DNA of 58,878 nucleotides from Nemertoderma westbladi (lineage: Eukaryota; Animalia; Xenacoelomorpha), in NCBI GenBank assembly GCA_032718475.1, contig JAUCBJ010007139.1, positions 1 through 58,878 on the forward strand, given 5' to 3'. A model generated the notes under the pieces. That model saw only the letters and a program-made list of their open reading frames with translations. It had not been told where the DNA came from and ran no database searches. Below are positions 24,278 through 35,760 of the stretch, piece after piece (positions within the stretch are counted from its first letter, which is position 1; each line of letters starts with the position of its first letter). The position numbers were made by a program, and so were the translations under genes.

Positions 24278-24567
24278 ATACATTATGTAAATAGGACAAT
24301 ATGATAATGCTCTCCATAGCGAAAAATATCAACCGGCCCTATTGGTGCTCGAACCCGGTACCTAGGTTTCAAACTTCTGGTTATCATCAGCCGGGTGAGT
24401 GTACTGAGCTACCAGGCCGGATGAATACTTCGATATGGAGTGGAAGATCATATTAAGGCCATACATTACATACATATTTTTCGCTATGGAGAGCATTATC
24501 ATATTGTCTTATTTACATTATATATTGAATTCACCGCGTCACTCACTCCACAACAATTCACTTATTA
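24278..24567 (-). mobile_element. 290-bp retro-insertion with ~45-bp inverted repeats, tRNA-like A/B boxes and hammerhead; 16-bp TSD
   Basis: TSD TAATTAGGGTAATCAA at 24262-24277 and 24568-24583; IR arms ~24285-24329 and ~24474-24519. Confidence 0.8.
24354..24395 (-). ncRNA. Minimal type I hammerhead ribozyme
   Basis: Sense CCCGG CTGATGA t-aac-cagaa-gtt-t GAAA C CTAG G TA CCGGG: 5-bp stem I, intact core, palindromic ACCTAGGT, GUA cleavage triplet. Confidence 0.75.
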
Positions 24568-25021
24568 TAATTAGGGTAATCAATTAGCATTAGACAGCGG
24601 GAAATTTGAGTGAAATACGAATGAAATATAGTTAAATAAACCTGGACCGGTTGGTGGTAGCCTATATATATCAGTATAATAGGCCTACTGTATAATGGTA
24701 GATTTAATATTGTCATTGTTTACTGTTTTAGTTTTAGCAAAGTTATTGGTTTTTTATTATAGCATTAGTCCTCAGAGTTTTCAGTACAGTATACTGGTAT
24801 AATCTGAAGTAAATCCGCTATACAGTAGTATATAGCCTCCAGACTTGGTAATACCAGAATAGAATGCAACAATATAACGGCACCAGTACAGTCTGACAGT
24901 ATTATTATTATTGTTCTGATAGAACCATGAATCATCCAGGTTTGCCAGATTTTTTATTTACTTATTATATTCATTCAAGAAGCTAATCTCTATATCAATA
25001 TTTTTTTCTTTGTTTTTGCAG

Positions 25022-28000
25022 ACTACTCAACATTATTTCTACCTGTTCAAGAAGCAATTGATTTCGCATGTATTGGTGAAATAAACTCACACACTACACC
25101 AAATATAATCATTCAATTCGTTCAAAATCCAATGCCTGCTAAACCTGTGTACTCTGGTATTTCGATCATAATACAACCATTCTTGACAATTCTGTTACTA
25201 TTGATGTCATTATATACATCTGTTAACATTATCCGAAATATTGTTCATGAAAAGGAACTCAAGTTAAAAGAAGCAATGAAGATTATGGGTCTCGATCCCT
25301 GGTTTCATTGGTTGGCATGGTTTATACATTATGCAGCACTTTTGATGCTTGTTAACACTATTGTTACATTATTTTTATGCTTGGATATTAAAGTCGCTAT
25401 GCTCGGAAAAGCCCACTGGAGTGTTGTATTTATGTTTTTAACACTGTATTCACTTTCTAATATTTGTTTCTGCTTTTTCCTAACAACATTATTTTCTCGT
25501 TCCAAAACTGCGACATTTGTTGGCACATTTCTTTGGTTACTTTCATATGTTGTATTTGAAATTATCAACAACACAGTTTATGATCAAATGGCCTTAGCAT
25601 CAAAACTTCTTGTTTGCCTTTTACCTAATTCGTGTTTTGCAATTGGTATTCAAGCAATGTTCAAATGGTACAACAGAGGGCCAGGAAGCTATTGGCAGAA
25701 TTTATCATATGAATTAGAAGCTGGTTCAGATACAATATCATTGCTGGCGGTGTATATGATGTTATTGTTTGACTGTTTCTTCTATTGCGTTTTGACCTGG
25801 TACATTTCTAATGTTTTCCCAGGAGAATTTGGTGTGTCCATGGAATGGTATTTTGCTTGCTCTCCATCGTACTGGTGTTCAGCTGATTCAAAGGCGATAT
25901 GTGATCTATCTGATCATAATTTAATTTCTGACTATTTTGAAGAAGAACCATCTAATCTTGTAGCTGGAGTACATGTAAAGAAACTCTCCAAAATGTTTAG
26001 AAACCTCCCTCGGCCAGCTGCTGATGATGTCAGTTTTAATTTATATGAAGGACAAATAACTGCTCTACTGGGTAAAAATGGAGCTGGTAAAACTACTACC
26101 ATATCCATGCTTACTGGTATGTTTCCTCCATCAAGTGGAACTGCTCTTATCAACGGACATGACATTCGTACTGATATGAAAAAAGTACGTAAGAGTTTGG
26201 GTTTCTGCCCTCAACACAATTTATTATTTGATACCCTCACAGTGAAAGAACATTTAATCTTTTACATTTATCTTAAAGGAATTTATGATAAGGCAACAAT
26301 TTCATCTGAAATTGCTAACACCCTATCTATGCTTCAACTTGAAGATAAGATACATTCTCGTTCAAAATCTCTTTCTGGTGGAATGAAGAGAAGGTTATCT
26401 CTAGGAATCGCTTTTATTGGTGGATCAAAGACAGTATTCTTGGACGAGCCAACAACAGGATTGGACCCAGCAGCTAGAAGATATGCATGGGATTTTATTC
26501 AACAACAGAAAGTTGGAAAAACTATTTTACTAACAACCCATTTCATGGATGAAGCAGATTATTTAGGTGATAGAATTGGAATTATTACAAATGGAAAAAT
26601 GCAATGCTTTGGAACTCCTATGTTTTTAAAACGTAAATATGGAGTAGGTTATCACTTGTCTATTGTAAAAACAACAAACTGTGACATCAATAAATTAACT
26701 TCCACTGTTAAGTCTATTGTTCCAAATTCATCTTTAAGCTCAAATGTGGCTGCCGAACTTATATATACACTGCCCACTAACCAACGTCTGAAGTTTGCAG
26801 ATTTATTTACAGAAATAGAAGAAAATAGAGATAATTATGGAATCGATAGCTATGGTGCTTCACTTACTACTATGGAAGATGTATTCCTAAAAGTTGACCA
26901 ACTAGCCACTCAACAGTTATTACAAGAAGAAAATCTGCGTGTTAATAACTCAAAAGAATTTGTATATTTTACAGAACGTGCCTCTTCAGTTCGAACAAGT
27001 AACAAAAGTGCAGATGATTTTCAAACCGCTCAATCTCATACATCAAAAATTAATAATAATACAAACGTAGAAATGGAAATAGAATTGAAAACTGTTTCAA
27101 GTGGTTATGGAAATCTACATGGCAGTAAACTTCTATTGCGTCAAATGCATGCTATGCTCATGAAACGTTTTATTTATTCATTGAGAAATCCATCAATATT
27201 GATTGCCCAATTTGCTATTGTTCTTATTACTATTGCGTATATTCTGATTAACAACAATATACCAAAATCAGAAGGAAAAACTTCTACATCGCCTAGTCGC
27301 GCAATAGATTTATCTCAATATGGTTATACACATGCGTTTTATCAGATAACTGAAACAACAAAGCGATTGCCTGACTTAAAGAATATTGGGGAATCATATG
27401 AAATATTTCTACGCAGTAAAGGTGTTACAGTTGAAGAGGTTCGAGATCTAAACAGTTCTTTATTTAAGGCGATGGAACAAAATTTTGGATATTATGTGAA
27501 TAATTTCATTGTTTCAGCAAAGTTTGATATTTCAAGAATTCCTGCAGAAGTTACTCTTTATTACAACGGCCAAGCAATCCATTCTGAACCACAATCATTA
27601 AATGCGTTCACTAATGCACTTTTACATGCCACTTCATCAGATAAAAGCATGTCCATTAAAACAATAAATAAGCCTTTAGAGGTAGATACATATGGTTATT
27701 CAAATAGTGAACGGACAGATGATTATGACCTAACACAAGGCATAAACATTACACTTTTACTATGTTTAATTAGTGGAACATTCATCTATTTTATTGTAGA
27801 AGAATGCACATCGAAGTCCAAGCAGATACAATTTGTTTCTGGTGTCAACCCCTTTATCTTCTGGGGATCTAACTTTATATACGACTTCCTAACATTTATT
27901 GTTATTGACATCCTGATTGTATTACTTGTTGTTGCGGAAGGCTCTATGGGACATTCATCTAGTCTTGGATATATATTTATCTTCTTAGCTGCTTTCTCAC

Positions 28001-29463
28001 TATGTGCTTTACCAATGATGTACTTCCTACAGTTACTGTTTAGTGTTCCTGCACGGGCTGTAGCAGGTTGCTGTTTTATAAATGTTTTTATTTTCATTTT
28101 TACAACTTTGGTTATTGAGATCCCCATCCATATAGAATCATATAAATTACGTGAACGTCGTATTTTTGAAATACTTTATCGTAATACAACAATTATTCCA
28201 ACATACAATTCTTATACAGTTTTAAACCGAATTTACTTTATGAACCATGTCCATAATTTTGATAACATACTACAGTGGGAAAAACCTGGCATTGCTCAGG
28301 ATATTTTTGTTATGATATTAGAAGGGTTGTTATTATTTGTTATATTAGTTGCCATTGAAACTGGGTATTTCAGAAGATTTGAATTGTTCATCTTTTCAAC
28401 ACTTTTGAAGAAAAAATGTTTATTGCCACAGACCTTTATAGATGAAGATGTAGCCAATGAAATGAATGCAATAGATGCTTTAAGAAGTGATAAAAACAAT
28501 GTTGTGATTCTAGACCATTTGTGTAAAAAATACAGTAACTGTTGCAACCCACCCATTGTAGCTGCAAATAATCTTTGCTTGGCTATTCCTGCTGGCGAAT
28601 GTTTTGGACTTCTAGGTGTAAATGGTGCAGGTAAAACAACGACATTTCAGATGATAACAGGGGACATTTTAATGACCTCTGGCACTGTTTATTTGGGTGG
28701 GTTTAACATTCGAAACCAATTAGAAAGAGCCCAACAGCTGATAGGGTATTGTCCACAATTTGATGCTTTAATAGGTCAAATGACTGCTTATGAAACACTG
28801 CAGATGTTTGCTAGACTTAGAGGAATACCAGAGTGTGACATTCACCAAATGTGTGTTGATATAGTTTCGGAATTCACATTAGGGCCGTTTGCAAACAAAT
28901 TATGCAAAACCTACAGTGGTGGAAATAAACGAAAATTATGCACTGCCGTTGCAGTGATTGGTAATCCCCCAGTCGTATTTCTTGACGAACCAACATCTGG
29001 AATGGATCCTGTCTCCAAGCGTTCAGTTTGGAATGCGCTTTGTAGAGTTCGTGAAAAGGGAACATCCATAATAATTACAACGCATAGTATGGAAGAGTGT
29101 GAGGCACTATGCACGCGATTGGCAATCATGGTAAGAGGTAGTTTCAAATGTTTGGGGTCGCTTCAACATCTAAAGTCAAAGTTTGGCCAAGGGTATTCTG
29201 TCATGGCGAAAGTTAATACGAAAGGCGCAAGTTGTTTTGAAGACATTATTGTTTTAAAAGAATTCTTAGAGTCAAAGTTTCCTGGTGCTGAATTAAAAGA
29301 TGAACACCAGGGGATTGTAACATATCGAGTTACAAATAAATCAATAAAGTGGTCTGACATATTTTCATCAATGGAGGAAGCGAAAGAACAATTTAATTTG
29401 GAAGATTATTCTGTCACACAAACAACCCTTGAAGATGTATTTTTAGGATTTGCCGAAACCTAA
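25022..29463 (+). CDS. ABCA: ABC transporter subfamily A (ABCA3-like), terminal coding exon with TMD1-NBD1-TMD2-NBD2; N-terminal exon(s) not in view
   Basis: IVHEKELKLKEAMKIMGL; GKNGAGKTT/LSGGMKRRL/VFLDEPT; GVNGAGKTT/YSGGNKRKL/VFLDEPTSG; SVTQTTLEDVF. Polypyrimidine + TTGCAG acceptor ends at 25021 and the frame reads YSTLFLPVQEAID upstream of the annotated ATG 25132. Confidence 0.96.
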
Positions 29464-30082
29464 CTCAATATTACTGCAAATATTTATTCTGTTTTACTTT
29501 ATTTGATTAAATTTTCGTGTCATTATGTTATATATGTAAATCAGCTAACAACCGCAAAAGGATAAATTATAATAACCACTGTAAGTACTATCAATCAGAT
29601 TTACATGTCGCTCAAACATCTATTCATCACATAGTTTAAGTGTTTCATTTTAATTTAGTTTACGAATATTTTGAAAAGACGGACTAACTAGGGGGGGGGG
29701 GGGGTGTTGCGGATCAGAACTGAAGAGTGGATATATTATAAAGTATGTAGATACAGGTGGAGGGATATGTACTTCCTTGTGCCCTTGTGGATTTGAGAGA
29801 ACTATCAACACAGGACTTGAAGGTGTACTAATCGAAAAAACTCGAAAATCTACTTTTGTCCCACAATCCTCTATGAAGCTGTACTCCTTTGTCGTTCCTT
29901 TGCCGTTGGTATTATTGCCTTATTTAATACAAATAATAGTTAGACCTTCTTAATATTTTTCATGAGATGCTTATAGTTTCTTTCAGTGTATAAATACTGT
30001 CGGGCTCTCGTCACTGTTGTAATCATGATTCTGTAATATGTAGGGCTGGGAGACCTCAAGTGACAAAATAAAACAACAGTTT

Positions 30083-30113
30083 TAGCTAGCTTTCACCCAC
30101 ATGGCTTCTTCAG
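30083..30113 (-). ncRNA. Degenerate hammerhead-like core (Penelope remnant)
   Basis: Sense CTGAAGA agcc-atgt-gggt GAAA GCTAGC TA; stem I not paired. Confidence 0.35.
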
Positions 30114-31698
30114 GCTAGTTAGAGTACTACGTATTTAACGAAAAACTGCAATCACTGACTGAATGACCGGTACCGGTTACAAGGCTACATTACAAATGTT
30201 ATATATAGAGCCAAATATATCTATATACTGTATAGAGCTAATCATAATGATATGTAACCGAAATAATTATAGTTTTAATGGGCAGTGATTTTTTATGTCC
30301 TTTTATTGACTTTTTTTGTCCTCCTTTTTTTACAAATTGTGCATAATGACTTTTGAGTACCAATGAGTACCCAAGTCCCAAAAAGTGGGTTCACCATGAA
30401 AGTTTCAATAATCCAGAATATTTAAACTCACCAGTCAGCCCTCATTTGCGACCTATAAAGGTTGGCAAACGTACATGATGGAAATATTTTCCAGACAATA
30501 TTGTTGATGTGCGATGTGGTACATGCTACAGTACTTTTCATCACTACTTGATTTTCTTTATACAAAATATATATAATGCCACGACAAGGTTGAAAAATCG
30601 ACCCACTAATTTTTTGGCCTTGCTGCCATTTGGCAGGCCGTATTTAAGTAGGCCATGGGTTTCCACTAATGTTCATTATCTTTCAATAACAGGATATTTT
30701 TACTTTATGTTTAATTTATTTTTCTAATTTGTTATTTATTGGATTTGTAATTGCACCACTGAATTATATTGGAAATAATAACGTTCCGTAGGCCCTATTT
30801 GAATAACTTTCTATAAAAATAACATCGCTTGTATTTCGCTGTCCGCTATCCTGTTTAACTTGCTTAGGTTTACTCAGACTCTCTTCGCTAACACGTTTAC
30901 CCCCCTGTTGCTATGTAGTAAAGTTTACCGATAGCAACCGGATGCCGTTCCTGTGGCAACACGAGTTCCAACATGTAGGAGGGTTGGTCTAACAATACGA
31001 CCTTTTGGCCGGCCATAAAATAAATTGTCAATAAATAAATTGTAGGTCTTAACAAACGCCCGATACACGGGAAAATAAAATTCATATTCGTATTTAATCC
31101 AGCATCATCGTCCCATTGATTGTTGATTAACAGTCCCAGGTTATACTGTTCTGTAGTTATTAAACTTGATGACTTTCTAATCTTTCAAAACTCTGAAAAG
31201 GAAAACTAGGACAAACTGCATTAAGTTATATTTTAAATTAAATATCTCATTGAATTGTCTTATTTGATGTGTTGCTATGGCATCGATGACTACTGTAAGT
31301 TGAATAAATACAAATAGATAAGGGTCTTCCCCAACGGTAAAAAATAATTGAATTAATTTAAGTGAGTACTTTCTGGCCTAGGCCTTTCTTCAGACTCTAT
31401 ATAAATAACTGAAACACTACACACGAAACCGAACTGTAAAACCACACTGCACAACAGCAAATAACAAAGTTACCGGTACCTCTAAAGTATGTATTAGGAT
31501 AAGGCACATAGTGGGGCGAGCACAAAATAGGTGGTACTATATACTTGCATATATCATTAGACGGGTATAGCGAAAAATCATAAAAATATGGAGATATAAA
31601 CAATTTCTATCTATTTACACTATTATAAATCGGTGGTTTAACAATTTCTAACTATTTACACTAAGGAATTACAAATCGATGGGTTAATAGTTAAATAG

Positions 31699-32634
31699 GT
31701 TAAATATACTGGTGAATATTCTTATAAGAGTTTAGATTTTCTAGATACTACCATTTCGGTAGAAGATAATATGCTTAGGATATCACCGTTTATTAAACCC
31801 TGTAATAACAAATTACCTATTCATTATAGTAGTTCCCACGATAAAGTGTCACTTATTAATATTGCTAAATCCCAATTACTAAGATATTATAGGCTGTCGG
31901 ATACACCAATAGTTTACAAACAATTTAAAGATAAATATCTCCATGGTTGTATACTACAAGGTTATCCAAAAGCAACCATTAATTTACTCTCTAATTGGAA
32001 GCCATTGAATAAACAGCATAATGACTTTTCATCCCTTAATACGTTTTATTTACCGGTGCCTTTAGCTTTCAAACTAGTTATCCGTAAGACATTTGTAGAA
32101 TTTTCTTCAGTTTTAAAAGATCTTAATATTTTATTTTCAACTAAATCAACCCCTAATATTGGTAACATGTTGTGTGATAAGAATACTATTCCAATCACCT
32201 TACCACAAGGCAACTCAGCTTACACTACGAGAGGGTGCCTCACGTGTAGTATGATCGATCCGGGAGTCGATTCAACACCATGGGGAGACCCAATCCTTGG
32301 ACACTTTAACTGTAGATCTAATAGGTTAATATATTTCGCTTGGTGCAATATACATAAGGACCAGTACTATTTAGGACAGACCCTGCAGCGCCTACATCTG
32401 AGACTTAATGGACATAGGTCTAGGATTCGTAATTTTGTGTTCTCAGACGATCCCGATTCCACTTGTCCGGAACCAGAACAACTTTTACTGGAACACTTTA
32501 ACCGGTGTACATTAGACAACCTTAAAGTTGTAGCATTTAAGGACTGTAGAGACGACCTCCAACGCTTATGTGTTGAAAGTTACCTGATTAATAGTTATAG
32601 GCCCCCATTAAATAAAATATTGCCAGCGTTATAA
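31699..32634 (+). CDS. Penelope RT C-terminus/thumb plus GIY-YIG endonuclease (partial)
   Basis: VKYTGEY..LDFLD, CLTC, FNCRSNRLIYFAWC..YYLGQT..LHLRLNGHRS, EHF, VESYLI..PPLN. Confidence 0.9.
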   Translation, partial: VKYTGEYSYKSLDFLDTTISVEDNMLRISPFIKPCNNKLPIHYSSSHDKVSLINIAKSQLLRYYRLSDTPIVYKQFKDKYLHGCILQGYPKATINLLSNWKPLNKQHNDFSSLNTFYLPVPLAFKLVIRKTFVEFSSVLKDLNILFSTKSTPNIGNMLCDKNTIPITLPQGNSAYTTRGCLTCSMIDPGVDSTPWGDPILGHFNCRSNRLIYFAWCNIHKDQYYLGQTLQRLHLRLNGHRSRIRNFVFSDDPDSTCPEPEQLLLEHFNRCTLDNLKVVAFKDCRDDLQRLCVESYLINSYRPPLNKILPAL

Positions 32635-33008
32635 ATACAGTAGTGTTGTCTATTGGATCTTTGTGTAATATAGTTGTAAATATTATATGTAAATAAAACA
32701 CAATTTTAATATGTACTATTAACCCATCGATTTGTAATTCCTTAGTGTAAATAGTTAGAAATTGTTAAACCACCGATTTATAATAGTGTAAATAGATAGA
32801 AATTGTTTATATCTCCATATTTTTATGATTTTTCGCTATACCCGTCTAATGATATATGCAAGTATATAGTACCACCTATTTTGTGCTCGCCCCACTATGT
32901 GCCTTATCCTAATACATACTTTAGAGGTACCGGTAACTTTGTTATTTGCTGTTGTGCAGTGTGGTTTTACAGTTCGGTTTCGTGTGTAGTGTTTCCGTTA
33001 TTTATATA

Positions 33009-33046
33009 GAGTCTGAAGAAAGGCCTAGGCCAGAAAGTACTCACTT
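33009..33046 (+). ncRNA. Minimal hammerhead ribozyme in Penelope pLTR (mirror copy ~31360-31397, minus)
   Basis: GAGT CTGAAGA a-aggcctaggcc-a GAAA GTAC TC ACTT; palindromic AGTACT stem III. Confidence 0.65.
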
Positions 33047-33177
33047 AAATTAATTCAATTATTTTTTACCGTTGGGGAAGACCCTTATCTATTTGTATTT
33101 ATTCAACTTATGATGGACCCCCTAACAGCAGCATGTCGCTTTGTTTCATGACTACTGTACAATTACCACCCAAATAC

Positions 33178-33395
33178 ACCGGAATAGTGTCGGAGTATAC
33201 ACGAATAGTGTCGGAGTATACCCGAAATAGTGTCGGAGTATACCCGAATAGTGTCGGAATATACCCGAAATAGTGTCGGAGTATACCCGAAATAGTGTCG
33301 GAATATACCCGAAATAGTGTCGGAGTATACCCGAAATAGTGTCGGAGTATACCCGAATAGTGTCGGAATATACCCGAAATAGTGTCGGAGTATAC
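33178..33395. repeat. 21-22-bp minisatellite, ~10 copies
   Basis: Unit CCGAAATAGTGTCGGAGTATAC head-to-tail, no spacers. Confidence 0.95.
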
Positions 33396-33906
33396 TGTAC
33401 TATATATGATTTAAACTTGATGTAACTGATACATTCAGTAGGCCTACCGGTACTGTAGTGTGACTTTCTGAAAGAAGTCAGATGCAATTACAATGTATGT
33501 GTATAGGGGGCCTATGGTTTCTATACTTCAGATACTTAGATACAAAGGCCTAGCCTACATTTGTCTCTTGTTATGGTTATAATTTCCTTGTCTCAAATTA
33601 GGGGAAATTCATGGAAACCGATACCATATTAAAGACAGTAGTCAAATGTAAAACTATGAAATCTTTACCACATAAAAATAGTTTTATATAAAAATATAGC
33701 CTTTTTACTATAAAATGTCATAATTTCGAGAATCAGGTCAAAGTGGAATGCAAAAATCTCATATTGATTTTAAAACCTTAAAATTTATGAAAAAAAGCTT
33801 CGATTTTTAACGGGCCGCTAGAATATTATAAGTATATCCAATCCGGTTGAATTATACCTAACGATGTACAGGAATGGTTACAGATCATTATTCGAATTAG
33901 TTTTAA

Positions 33907-35760
33907 CCCTTTGCTGCTCAGTGTTGTTCCGGAACAACATTCCTATTATTGGCTCTCCCAATCTCATAATGGTAATATGTGAAATCTAATTGGTTGATAT
34001 GGGTTGTCAACAAGTTTCGTGTACCTGAGGATCAGTTTCCTTTGCTTTTCCAGAGGGAAATTTGAACATTGGCTTACATATTGTGAGCCTATGCTTCAAT
34101 AAGCGGTAATTGAAAAAACACGTGCATTCATATTGTTAAAAAAGACAATTCCCTTTAATTTTTCCGTTCCAAAAAAATTAAGTAGATAGGAAAATATGTC
34201 TAAGATGATTTTCGAATGCTCCAATAGATTGTTAATAGATTTTAACCAAGTGAGTAGTGTTTTAAAGATTGTTGTCCCACAACAACATTGCCCATTTAAG
34301 AAAGCTATAATTACACTGATATTAGTTTTTATTTCACACTTTCACAGGCACTTTCACAAGAATGCTGCGCAGAGTTCACTCTGTCAAGTACAATGAACAC
34401 ATCTCCAACCAAACTCTATACAGTATTGGAGGTGTTCCATTAATCTTCACTAGCTTGACACTTGAACGGAACCGCCTCAGCTTTGCAGGACATTGCTTAC
34501 GCCGTAATGACCAGCCAGTGCATAACCTTGTGCTTTGGCGCACTCATGGAGCGAATAAGCATGGTGGACAACCCATGGCTTTCTTGAGACGCATCCTAAA
34601 GGACACTGGCCTTGAAGATGCAGATGATCTAGCAAATGTCATGTCATTTTTTCGACAAGCCATCACAGCATTCTTAATATATATGTAATACATATATAAT
34701 GCAGCATGCCTGCCGATCGTAGTAGTAGTACCGGTAATTCACTATATCAAGTACAATGCACACATCTCCAACCGGACACTATATAACATTGGAGGTGTCT
34801 CTCATTGGTTCCCCCAAGCTTGACGCTAGAACAAAGCCGCCTCCGCTTTGCAGGACATTGCTTTCGCCGTGAGGACCAGCCAGTGCATAATCTTGTGCTT
34901 CAGAGGCCTCGCAGAGTGAATATGCTTAGTGGACAGCCCAAGACTTTCTTGAGACGCATCTTGAAGGACACGGGCTTTGAAGATGCGGATGATCTAGCAA
35001 AAATTTCATGGGTGATTGGGAATTGTGGCGGAAACATTTTGTCGACAAGCCGGCCCAGCATAATATATATGTAATATATATATAATGCAGCGGCAATGCA
35101 GCATGCCGATCGTATTAGTAGTACTTCACTGTGTCAAGTACAATGCACGCATCTCCAACCAGACACTATAAAACATTGGAGGTGCCTCCCATTGGTTCCT
35201 CCAAGCTTGACACTAGAACAAAGCCCCCTCCGCTTTGCAGGACATTGCTTTCACCGTGAGGACCAGCCAGTGCATAATCTTGTGTTTTGAAGGAGGCCTC
35301 ATTGAGTGAATAAGCATGGTGGACAGCCCATGACTTTCTTGAGACGCATCTTGAAGGACATTGGCTTTGAAGATGCGGATGATCTAGCAAATGAAATGGG
35401 TTATAGGGAGTTGCGGCGGCGAAATTTTGTCGACATGCCGGCAAAGCTTTCTTAAAAATGCAGCTCCAATGCAGCATACCGATCCTAGAAGTAGTAGTTC
35501 GGTACCAGAACAAAGAGAAGGTGTATTCAATTGTCATACCAGATAGTAATGATAGTGGGGAAGATGAATCTGATACTATTTTACCAAATATTTTTGCTAC
35601 CATTAATGCTCATTGTTGTTCCTGAACAACACTCATTAAAAATATTAAAATAATAAAAAAAAAATTTTTTGGCATTAATGTGTTCTTTTAGACTGTTTTC
35701 AGTTTATCTAACCTAAAAAAAAATTTCTAAACCATTAAAAATAATTCGAGCAGCAAAGGG
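33907..35760. mobile_element. piggyBac-like non-autonomous DNA transposon containing an RTE 3'-end trimer
   Basis: 13-bp TIR CCCTTTGCTGCTC / GAGCAGCAAAGGG; TTAA on the left, TTTTAA on the right; subterminal palindromes TGTTGTTCCGGAACAACA (~33922) and TGTTGTTCCTGAACAACA (~35614). Confidence 0.75.
34343..35498 (+). repeat. Three tandem ~370-385-bp copies of an RTE LINE 3' end
   Basis: Each unit matches ~54950-55309 and ends GCCGATC(G/C)TAGTAGT-like; units ~34343-34730, 34737-35122 and 35123-35498. Confidence 0.9.

Larger units (their letters stand above)
23895..24650. mobile_element. Non-autonomous element with GTAT/CTGT microsatellite (DINE-1/HINE-like), host of the 290-bp insertion
   Basis: GTATGTATGTGTGTATCTGTCTGTCTG followed by 'ATATCTC...AAATTTGG'; end motif GGTTCACGG also seen inverted near 37304; boundaries approximate. 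Confidence 0.4.
31296..33147 (+). mobile_element. Penelope-like element, 5' truncated, with inverted pseudo-LTR
   Basis: 396-bp near-perfect inverted arms 31296-31691 and 32715-33110 around an RT-end + GIY-YIG ORF; 12-bp direct repeat ATGACTACTGTA at 31286-31297 and 33148-33159. Confidence 0.92.

Noticed and set aside
24333-24420. Functional tRNA gene
   Set aside because: A/B boxes are present but there is no proper D or anticodon arm; the centre is a hammerhead core
25132-25134. ATG 25132 as the ABCA start codon
   Set aside because: ABCA-like sequence continues upstream in frame to a splice acceptor at 25021, and TM1 is missing
31397-33009. Twin 68-aa ORFs (31397-31603 and 32803-33009) as duplicated genes
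   Set aside because: By-products of the Penelope inverted pseudo-LTR
33178-33395. 21-22-bp array as CRISPR, and the 111-aa ORF across it
   Set aside because: No spacers; the ORF is just the repeat translated
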